From NCBI RefSeq assembly GCF_006345805.1, contig NW_021833803.1, positions 4,550-68,549 on the forward strand: a stretch of 64,000 nt of DNA, written 5' to 3'. The DNA comes from Octopus sinensis. Taxonomy: Eukaryota. This document shows positions 1-9,996 of the stretch, in pieces. The notes below the pieces were generated by a model that ran no database searches, was not told the DNA's origin, and worked only from the letters and a program-made list of their open reading frames with translations. Position numbers and translations under genes: made by a program. The stretch's first letter is position 1, and each line of letters starts with the position of its first letter.

Positions 1-7
1 CCACGCC

Positions 8-442
8 ATGTTAAAGCAAGTGGAAGTAGAAAAACTACATAAGTATGATCTTCTTGCTGGAGAATTATCTCAAATCCACGGTGCGAAGGTAACGATAATC
101 CCCATTGTCCTCACATGGGACGGGATAGTTTCTAAGTTCTATAAGTCTTATATGGAAAGACTGAAGTTGGATGCTTCTACTAGATCGTATATACAATCGC
201 TGACAATTAAAAAGACATTGGAGGCCATGCTTGTTGAACATAAACATGGAGTGGAAATTGAAAAACATGAGGAACAAGTTTCGAGACCCACCAACCGCCT
301 CCTAAAATTGGCTAGAGAAACAACAGATCCACCAGATTTGCCGGAAGATGTGTCTCATGTGTCATATGAAGTGTTAGAGGAGGAGAATACGCAGATCCAG
401 TGCAACGGTCCAAAAAGAAGGAGAATTATATCGATTAGTTAG
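8..442 (+). mobile_element. R4/Dong-like (RLE-type) non-LTR retrotransposon, C-terminal end of ORF
   Basis: EVEKLHKYDLLA..V.IIPIVLTWDGIVSKFY..YIQSLTIKKTLE is the tail of an RLE domain, followed by an acidic tail and KRRR. The ORF runs in from the window edge. Related pieces lie at ~9560, 18890, 25350, 29425 and 32690. Confidence 0.75.
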
Positions 443-689
443 TTATTAGTAACTAAAGACGTTAATTTATAATTAAATTTGTATTTTAAGCTTATTTGCT
501 AAGTATAACAAATTTCTTTTTTTCTAGGAAATTATCCTTTTTTCAAATTTTCTTTAGTGCCAATTTTTTACTTTTTTAAAAAAATTAAGTAATTTTCGTT
601 CTTTTAAAATCTTTCGACATGTTATCAAATCTTCTTACGAACGACAATTAGTACATTTCTGATTTTTTCAATAGAATTTTATTCTATTA

Positions 690-1233
690 TTATTAAAGCA
701 ATCTCGCGGAATCAAAAAGTTAATTAAGATTTCACTTTTGCCATCCGACTCAGGATACGCTCTGTTAGTCGTATCCACGCTCCCCTGTTAGGTGCGAGGT
801 ATCTCAGTTCGTCCAGATCATCGGCCGATTTCAGTTTCCTTCCAATCGACATGAGATCATGGTCGAGCGTAGTCGGTAATGTTATTCTTTGTCGGCCCCT
901 ATATGCCGTTTTATTTAATGAGCAGAAGTAGGATTCCATGTTCTGATTGGCCGGCGTCATTTCCGAGGCTCTTAGGACATGTCCAAAGAGCATCCACTTC
1001 GTGAACATCACTTTCTTTGCAATCTCGGATGTATGGGTGATTCTGTAGAGTTCATTATTGGTCATCTTTTTTGGCCAGTGAATTCCCAGGAGTAGTCGTA
1101 GTTATTTTCTGTGGAAAGAGTTGAGCTGCTCCAGTTCTTTAGCGGTTAGGCCCCAGGTCCCCGCGTTGTAAAGCAAGATTGGTTCGACAAAGGAGTTGTA
1201 CAGCCGAATTCGAAGGCGGGTTCCTATGTACCT
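690..1233 (-). mobile_element. 5'-truncated RTE-clade LINE with 14-bp TSD
   Basis: LYNAGTWGL..LEQLNSFHRKQLRLLLGIHWP and LFGHVLR motifs, (TAA)n tail, and a flanking direct repeat ATTTTATTCTATTA at 676-689 and 1234-1247. Confidence 0.85.
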
Positions 1234-1293
1234 ATTTTATTCTATTACATGAAAATTGATGATCAAACTGAATCAAAAAAGTAAATCTCTTAG

Positions 1294-2894
1294 TGTCGCG
1301 CGCAATGGATGAAACGCGTGCCTAAAGTGAAACGCTGTGAACCTTGAGAAAACCACAAAAAACCTCGAAAATAAAATTAACAATCCTTTGATGAAAACAG
1401 GAATAAAACCGAGAAATCAATTTTTTATTATTATCGTTTGAAAGATTAACAATTTATTTAAATAATGGTTAGCCATTTTAAAATTACCAAAAAATTAAAA
1501 ATATTTTAACCTGAAAATTTACCTGTCTAAATTTTTTTAACTTGTGATTTAAATACTATTTTTTCATTTCCATCTTGATCTTTTATTTTAACTCTATTAT
1601 TTGAAATTAAATCTTCAACAGTAAAGATTTGTTGATGATAAAAAGATTCTAATTTTCGCTTCTTCGTCCTTTGATTTGTATCAAAATCTTTTTTCAGCAA
1701 AACATTATTTCCAATTGCAATTTCTTTCAATGTTTTTGAAAAATTTCGTTCCATTCTTTCAAGATATTTGTCATTTATGATAGTTTGATTTTCATGTTCT
1801 TCAATTAATTCATCATCATTATAATAAGAAATGTTATATCCTCTTGTTCGGAAAAAAGCCATAAATGGTGACATATTTATAGAAGAATGAATTGAAATAT
1901 TGTACTGATATACAATTTTTTCTAACACATCCACCCATTTTTTCTGTTTGTCTGTGAGTTCTTTTTGAATCCATCTGCAAATGGTTTGATTGCAACGCTC
2001 CACTTGTCCCTGTGATTCTGGATGTCTTGGACGTCCCCTTTTATGAATTATTTTAAATTCTTCACATAATGACGTTATTTCTGAATTAACAAATTCTGTT
2101 CCGTTGTCAGACTGCAGAATTTTTGTGGACCATAGGAAAGAAATATAGTTTTCAATGATTCCGAAACTGTAACTGCTTCTTTATTTTCTATTTTTTAGCA
2201 AAGCAAAATTTTGAATAAATATCTATGACATTCATAAGATATTTATAGGAATCATTTATATCTGCATAAAACGAAAGATCGACTAAATCAACTTGATAGC
2301 TAAAAATAAGCTATTGAATGAACCGTTCTCGAGGTTCTTTGGCTACTATGTTGACTAGTGGATATTTTGTCTTTAAGGGCTGACTTCGCTGACATTTGTG
2401 GCATGATGATATTACATCCCTAATTATGTTTCGATTGATTATGCAAAAATTATTTTTGCAATACTCTTCCATTTTATTAAATCCATAGTGATAAATTGAA
2501 TGAATCCTTTCACAATGCAGTTTCATGGATTCGAAATCATTTGAGGCAATTACCAATATTTTGTTTCCATCAGATTGTTTATAATATAGCACACCTATCA
2601 TTAGATTTAATAGTACCTCCAGAATTTACGAAATTTCTACATTTTTTGAGAAAACGAAATCTTTTTAGTCTTGAAAAATCTTCTGGTATTGTATTATTTA
2701 TTAAAAAATCAAGAATATTCTTATACTCCTGATCATCCTTTACAATGTTGGCAAATCTCATTTCGATAATATTATCTCAAAGTGCGCAATCATCTTTAAT
2801 ATTGACTTGATAATTGTCAAGAGCTTAATTGAAGGTTAAATTCAAGGTCACGGCGTTTCACTTTAGGCACGCGTTTCATTTATGGCGCGTGACA
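1294..2894 (-). mobile_element. Ginger-type (Ginger2/TDD-like) DNA transposon with Gypsy-like integrase, frameshifted
   Basis: TGT...ACA termini, ~54-bp imperfect TIRs and a 5-bp TSD CTTAG (1289-1293, 2895-2899). Integrase pieces: HHCC (IHSIYHY..CHKC), DLVD, QSDNGTEF, SQGQVERCN. No RT or LTRs. Confidence 0.85.
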
Positions 2895-2999
2895 CTTAGT
2901 AATTAGTTTTTTTAATCTTAAATATTCAATTTTTATTGATATCAATCCTCGAATGGTAAAATACTTTGAATACTTTATTGACCAAAGGACCAGGGTAAG

Positions 3000-3210
3000 C
3001 CAGTTAATTATAATCCCCAGTGATCCCCGATTCAAGCGAGGGAGATCCTTCTGAAAGGTTCGATCCTGCCCACAATGATCGGACTGAGACGACGATGTCC
3101 CATGGTCAGAGTTCTAAAAGTCCTTTTTCGGTAGGCATTAAGTGTCTCCTGAGCGTTTCCATATCCGATTGAAAGTCCCAACTGACATGGTGGACCCCAT
3201 AACGCCACCC
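3000..3210 (-). mobile_element. degenerate LINE 3' fragment
   Basis: GC-rich island whose minus strand reads ..IGYGN..LSPIIVGRIEPFRRISL, like the post-RT region of the 21.2 kb and 52.9 kb LINEs. Confidence 0.35.
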
Positions 3211-3324
3211 TAAGACAGGAAGAAAGGTGAGAAGTAAAATGAACTTTTTATAAGAAAAGATTTAAAGAAATCAAAAAAATATTTAAAAGCTAAACTTAAA
3301 TTGCGCTAAGTTTTTTCGAAAGAT

Positions 3325-4720
3325 TTATTTTCCCCTTGATCTAAATACATAAGTTACTACCCGACAACTTTTTCGATTCTTAAAAACATATCATTATAAG
3401 CGGCTGAGATATCAAATGAAATCTCATTCTTATAGAAAATAACGAAATCGTCTTCGATAAAGATATTAATATCTTCGACTCCTTCAGTCTGATTAAGTCT
3501 CACAACTTCCTATACCATAGTAATACACAGAAGAAAACCATATATCTTTTTTGAATATCTTCTACTTGTTCAGGATCCTAAAATTATAGTCAAATCAAAT
3601 CACACAATTGAAAGTCTATTTGCAACAATATACAAAGGAGCACTGACATATAAATGTGACATGCTAAAAATATAAGAAACAATACAAACTTTCTTAAAAT
3701 AAAAAATTGAATAAATTCTTTATTCATAATACGGAAGTTATCCATGTGGTTCACACTAAATACTCCTTTCTGGTTTATTGAAGAGACAAAAGGACATGCT
3801 GATTGATAAACACTTTCAATTGATTGCTGACTACAAATATAAAAGAATAATACAACCCTTCAACCAGTTGGTAATACGTATCGCGTATCGAATTAGGAAT
3901 ATCTGGAGTTAAAATTAGAGACGACGGCCAAATATAGTAACAAATGGCAACTAAAGCTGACATTTTTAACCGTAGCTGTTTTATCTATTTTTATTATTAC
4001 AAGTAATAAACAGCTTTTCCATAACCCGGATTGGTTTCATTCGTGGTTTTAATCGATGCAAGTCCCAAAATTAAACAATCACGAGCCCTTGTGACATTTC
4101 TGGTCATCAACAGCAAAAAGCCTTTATAAAAGTGAAATGAAAGAAGTGCTAATGAACAAGACAAAATCCCATCCTACAAATAAGCAAGACTAATTACTCT
4201 GAAAACATCCATATTGGATAAAGAAGCAAGCCCTTCTTCATATTTCCCAGCAATGCAATTTAGCCTAGCAGAAACAATAAGAGAAAAGTAAGCAAGATAG
4301 ACAGGTACTGCAGGCAGTGAGAATAACTTTACTAAAAATGTTAAAAACTAATAATAACCTCGCTGATTCTCATAATCTTTGATGTATTTGTTTATTGAGA
4401 CAGTTACGTCACAGAAATTACATAATCGAATACAAGATTCAAAGTCCCAGAGATTTTCGACTCCTGGAGTCTCATTGCCGTTAATTTCAAACTAGAATAC
4501 ATACGTTATTAAGAATATATACCCCCAAAGCAAGACTACTGAGTAGCTCAAATAAATAAAGCTCACTAAATGGAGTTGTGTTAGTAATCCGCGTTTCCTT
4601 AGAAGTTCGAGATAAATTTTGATCAATCGGATATTTTTTAACTAAATGTAAAATATTAAAAAATTTTAATTTTGTAATAAAATAAAAGCAAAAAAAACTT
4701 TAGTGATAAAGCTACCATGG
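3325..4720 (-). CDS. EIF3L: divergent eukaryotic translation initiation factor 3 subunit L-like, multi-exon (5' end uncertain)
   Basis: Manual splicing of 20-40 nt GT-AG introns gives ENLWDFESCIRL..INKYI, YLAYFSLIVSARLNCIAGKYEEGLASLSNM, FYKGFLLLMTR, KMSALVAIC..WP, ESVYQSACPF and NIFIEDDFV. These are collinear with eIF3L motifs as I recall them (LGYFSLVGLLRLHSLLGDY, YVGFAYLMMRRY, SCPKF). Stop at 3325-3327. Confidence 0.6.
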
Positions 4721-4749
4721 AAAAATCTAATTGAGAATAAATATTAACG

Positions 4750-5450
4750 CAGTATTTCATATTACCGAGTAATCGAATCAGTTTTTTTAGATTTGTCATA
4801 AAATCCGAAGCCATTTCCTTGCATGTTTGATCATTCTATCATAGTGAATCAACAAATGATACAGGACTACGAAAATACCAGTCATATATACGATAGCTTT
4901 TTTATCTTCAAATGCAGCTTGCTGTATTTCTTTGATTTCTTTTTCATCTGTTTTTATGTTTTTAAAATCAAACATTTAATTCTCAGGTCATCTTCAATCT
5001 TTTTAATCTTATTGTAGTGTTGAATTTCTATATCTTCGTTTTTTAATATTAAAAGTTCTTTTTCTTTGCTTATTTCGTTAAATTTAGTATTCAGTAAGTT
5101 GTATTTGTCTTAAAAATTATATTTCTTGTTTACCTTGTAACTCATTGCAAAATAAAGAATTTTGATGTTCTTTTAAAGAAAAAACAGTCTTCAATTCTTT
5201 AATGATAAATTAGCTATAAACGTTTATTGAGAGATTCGTTCAAAAGAGAAACATTTTTTAGTTCTTCTTCATTAGTTTTTAGCTGTTCTTTCAAAATATA
5301 ATTGGATTTTAATTGAAGGTTAAAATTCTATAGTATTAAATTTCTATAAAAGACATTAAAAAAATCCTCTATTTCTGATATAATATTTACAAGATCACTG
5401 TTGTCCTGAATCATTTTTGTCACCACAGTATTTTTTACAACTTATAAATA
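4750..5450 (-). CDS. hypothetical coiled-coil protein, micro-intron interrupted; boundaries approximate
   Basis: K/E/Q-rich exon-like segments (DKYNLLNTKFNEISKEKELLILKNEDIEIQH, QMKKEIKEIQQAAFEDKK) separated by 25-30 nt GT-AG segments. Confidence 0.35.
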
Positions 5451-5899
5451 AATTTATCTTTTACTTTTATTTAATTGATTTTTTTAAAATTTAAATTTTT
5501 TCTGAGTAGATATATCTGGGAGAAAAATATTTTAGTAGAATTATTATTTACCAAGACTTTAAATCATGACATCCTTTTTACAACAGGTCTGTAGATATAG
5601 TGATACAAAATTCTAAAAGCAATTCTACATGTACGTATTTTATTTTTATTTATTAACCTTCAAGATCACTCATAGCATTTTTTCCTAGTTTGGTTATAAA
5701 GCAACATTTTACTGAATATTATTAAAATTCTGTTTTTTGTTGAATAAATTTATTTTTACCTAGTTCTGATTATTGATCCAAATAAATTTGATGAATCGTG
5801 TGTATTTAGCCAGTTTAAGACCCATTAGAATTTTGAAATAATTTGAAATTCCACTAGAGTAATTCTCTATACCACTAACACACATGCTGCTGACTGAAA

Positions 5900-6285
5900 A
5901 ATAAACTAGAAGCAGCTGGTTTCCCTTTTTTCTAGAGCCAGTCGGCCTTTTCCGGACCGACGGCAAGTGTTCCGACTGGATGACGACTTCTCCTTTCAGG
6001 AAAGGCAAGTCCCTAGTTTTAAACGCCACATGTGCTATTCAAAACCTGCAGCCACCCAGGCTCCGCCAGCGCTCAAGCCGAGGTGTCAAAGAGAACGAAA
6101 TACCTGTGTATTCCGGATTATTTTGATTTTTCTCAGTTTGCCTTCGAAACCTGAAGAAGCACCTCACTTACATCGGTAGGAGAATCTCCTCGAAAATAAA
6201 CGAACGGAGACAAGCTGGGTCTTTCAGGAAATGTCGGTCGCTGTGTTCCGCAGAAACTGCCATTGAATACACAGTGTGGCGTGGT
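5900..6285 (+). mobile_element. CRE-clade retrotransposon 3' (RLE) fragment, degenerate
   Basis: LEAAGFP..EPVGL..DGK..PF..GKSLV.NATC and AVFRRNC-like remnants match the CRE copy at 25.6 kb. Confidence 0.65.
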
Positions 6286-6664
6286 TGAGCTGAACTTTAG
6301 GCTCTTGATTAACTTTTAAATCAATTTAGCCTAGATAGCATCTAACTTTGTTCTTTATTTAATGATAATTTGTACTACGTAAAAATTATTTAAAACAAGA
6401 TAATGAAAAAAGAAATCCGCGATAAAAATGGTATTAACTTTGAAATATGTTCAAGGCCAAAAACAGGAAATTAATTTCTGAGGATTTTTAACCTTAATAT
6501 TATTTAATTTGTTCATATAATTTTTACTAAAAAAAATTCGCTTGCAAATATTTTTAAACATCCAATATATGAATTCTAACCTAAAGAAAATTTTAAACAT
6601 GAATGATTTGAAGGTTAATCAAAACTTTAATACTTAGAAACCATTAGTAAATTAGATTAATCAT

Positions 6665-7852
6665 CTAAATGTTGATTTTCTTTGAAGATTCCATTTCAAT
6701 GATTCTCTTAACACCGTTAGCCATTTCTGCTACAACGTCAATTTCAGAAATGCCGAGTCTTCGCTTATTCGATATATCGTAAACTCCGCCAACACTTTCG
6801 GTATGCTCTCCATGAATACCACGAGGCTGAACCATTAATTTCTCACAAATTTCTTTAAAATTAGGCTGCGAACTGAGCCAAGGGATTCTGATATGAACAG
6901 AAGCACGAATTGTTGTTCCCAAATTAGTTGGACAATATGTTAAATAACCCAAATTTTCGTTATGCGCAAAATTCATCCCACAGGCACCAAATTTATTTAC
7001 TCCCTTAAAAAATTATATAAATAAGCAAGCCTCTATCAGTCTCCTGTAAACTTCTGAAAGATTCCCTCCCTTCTGCATAGAAATTATTCTCAAATGATCT
7101 TCCTCGTTGACCCAGATCAGAAATGTTTTGGAATCATTATGATAGATTCCACGTCCGGCAGGCCAATGGTTATATCCACAGGCAGTCCGTAGAAATCAAA
7201 AAAATTGTATAAACCCAACCTATTGTCGTCTTGAAAAAGAAAGTGATCCTCGACTAATTGCTTTTCGACTTCTTTACTCATATTGGACAAAGCATAGTAT
7301 TTCCCAGCATGGTCCCCAGTAAATTGACTAAAAACTTTCTTAACAACGTTCTCCATATCAAGTCTATCCTACGAATACATATTTCAAGATAACATGTACC
7401 TGCTTTGACAAAAGAGGCGGGAATGGTCTGCCTTCAAGAGATCTTCCAACTCTGACACGTGTTGAAATGATATATTTATTATCGGGATCCAAATCTCCAA
7501 ATGGCAGGTTGTCCAAATTACCAAAATTGGGTTGAGGGTGTGTTATTGAATTACTTATCTAAGCAATTGAAAAGTACACGTACTTTGTGGTAATCTTTTA
7601 TAATTAAATTAATAAGTGGTCCAAATAACGTATAGGCCTCTGGATCGCAAGCATACATACCTATCTGAGAATCGGTATTAGTTAGGCCTTACAAATTAAA
7701 AGCTAATTCTAACCTGGAGTGATACAATTTGAAAGTTCTCCTCCATAAGAAGTCTTAAGCCCCTTAAGGGAGTCGTAGAGATCTTGAGTCAAATATTTCT
7801 TAAGCAGGCTTTTTGATTCCGTAGTTTTATACTTTGTCCACAAAGCTTCCAT
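6665..7852 (-). CDS. AK: arginine kinase (phosphagen kinase), 6 exons
   Basis: [58 protein letters not shown] and [20 protein letters not shown]. Introns are 26, 25 and 31 nt (GT-AG), 23 nt (GT-TG, 7197-7219) and 27 nt (GC-AG, 7004-7030). Confidence 0.95.
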
Positions 7853-8209
7853 TCTCAAAACTAATTAATTCACGAGCTATCTGAATTTATACATGTCATA
7901 AAAATCGATTTCCACGTACACTAGTTAATGTGAAACAAAACTAACTTAAATTATAAATAATTCATTAAACTTTCCAACAATAGCTTTCTTTATAATTTTC
8001 TAATAGTTTTTGTGTAATAAATGTATGACGAAAATAAATGACGTTGTTTCATTTCAAGTTCATTTTTTATATTTAGTGAACTGTTTATTTTTAATTTAGT
8101 ATTTTAAGTTATCGAAAAACGAGGGATATTCATTAAGCTGGAGGTTTGCTTGAATACAATCCAATTTAAGATGGTCTTCTTAGTAAAAATTAGATGAATC
8201 TGGAGAGTC

Positions 8210-9470
8210 TACAACATTGCTTCCCGATTGGGGATGCCCGAACTCCCTGTAGGTACAAGAAATTTTTTCGAGGGTGCCAGGAATGATTCTAAAAATCTAA
8301 TTTATTTCTTAAGATATATTATTAAAAAACTCGTGGTATTTATGTCAACGTGTACTAAAATTCGATAATGGAAAGCAGACATGTTAATTATGGTTTATTG
8401 CCCGGTACACGTCTCCTCAAATCAATTACTTGCCAAATAAATCAATTCATCCAAGGAAATCTGCCGGATTCTATTCGTCACATAATCTTTTCAACCAATC
8501 TTATCGCTTTTGGCAAAAAATGCGGAGGGATTCACCCAATTGCGGTCAGCTTTGTCTTCCGTCCGCTTGCAACCAAGATCGCATGAAAGAAAAATATTCC
8601 CCCCATTGATGCAAAGCTTAGCCAGTCTAACTCGGGGTTGGCGTCCCTGGAGGATACGAATCTGCAGTTCATGCTATCGGCACATTCTCAGATGCATACA
8701 AGAAATTGGTCAAACTAGATATCAGAAATGCATTCAACAGTATCCGACGGGACCGAGTTTTGGAGGCTTGCTCTGGGTATTGTCCTTCATTATTTGACCT
8801 AACTTTCCATTTATACGGGCAATCATCCTCCCTTATCATCGGATCCGACACTATCCCATCTTCTACGGGAGTTCAACATGAAGACCCTTTGAGCCCTGTC
8901 CTTTTCTGTCTTGGAATTTCTGAGGTGATCAAACTTGTATCTTCCCCACTTAATCTCTGGTGCCTCGATGATGCCACTCTCGGAGGCCCTCTGGACACCG
9001 TTTTGTAGGACATAATAAAAATCGTTCCGGCCTTGAGGAAATTTGGCCTCAGTTTAAACTTCTCTAAATGCGAAATCTCTAACTTTGGGTGTTTGAAATC
9101 TACCTTCGAAGACGCTGTCTGCTATTTTCGTAATCTTATCCCGGCAGCGCAATCTACTCCAATAACCAACTTTCTAAGGCCTTAACCTTCCGGAGGATCG
9201 AATGTCTCATGCGAGCCTGGGATCTAATAGAATGCAGGCAAAGTTTCAATCTGCTAATCGAGTCGTCCAACCAACATTGCCGCGCTTTCCTACTTTCGCC
9301 AGCATCTCCGGCTAGTGGAGCTTGGCTTTGCGCATTCCCGAACGCCTCATCTGGCACCCTCTTCGATGACGAATCGTCAAAAATTGGAATCTCCCTGCCT
9401 TTCGGGCTAAGGCAATGTGTCCTGCACGTTTGTCGTTGTGGCTGCTCTGACTAAACGTCAGGAAAGGGCT
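8210..9470 (+). mobile_element. CRE-clade retrotransposon, internally deleted and frameshifted
   Basis: GGIHPIAV, QLGVG, KLDIRNAFNSIRR, GVQHEDPLSP..F, WCLDD and SGAWL.A.P..GT..D match CRE-type RT and its downstream domain. Confidence 0.85.
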
Positions 9471-9559
9471 GGATCGGCGACCATCAAACGAGACACTCTC
9501 CAGAGTCCTTTTATATTTCCATTGCCAACATAGTTAAATCAGACTCAATATTTGTCAAT

Positions 9560-9890
9560 TATATACGTAGATTACTTCTATTGACAACATTTGGATGGAA
9601 TAACATCCAAATTTTACAAGTACTACCAAAACTCCCTACAAGTCTATGATTCAACGCGTGCATATGTTCAGACAATTGTGATCAAAAAAAGCACTGGAGA
9701 GCATGCGCCCGGAGTACAAACTCTTACCTACAACGGCGAAGCATGCAATCAATGAACGACTAAGTGAAGGAAGCAACCACCACGAGACATCCACTGAACC
9801 TATCAAGGGAAGAGACGCTGTATTCCGGCCCATGAATCTGGAGGAAGGAGGCGGATCGATAGCAAAGAGAAGGAAGTTGTAACCAAAATT
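9560..9890 (+). mobile_element. R4/Dong-like retrotransposon C-terminal fragment
   Basis: WDGITSKFYKYYQNSLQVYDSTRAYVQTIVIKK/ALE...AKRRKL*, homologous to ORF 8-442. Confidence 0.7.
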
Positions 9891-9996
9891 CTCATGATAA
9901 GATATTTTTTCCATATCAATGAATTTACTAATTTGGATTTAAATAATTATTCCTTGACAGCATCAAGTCTATTTCTCGTTTATGTATGTGATACTA

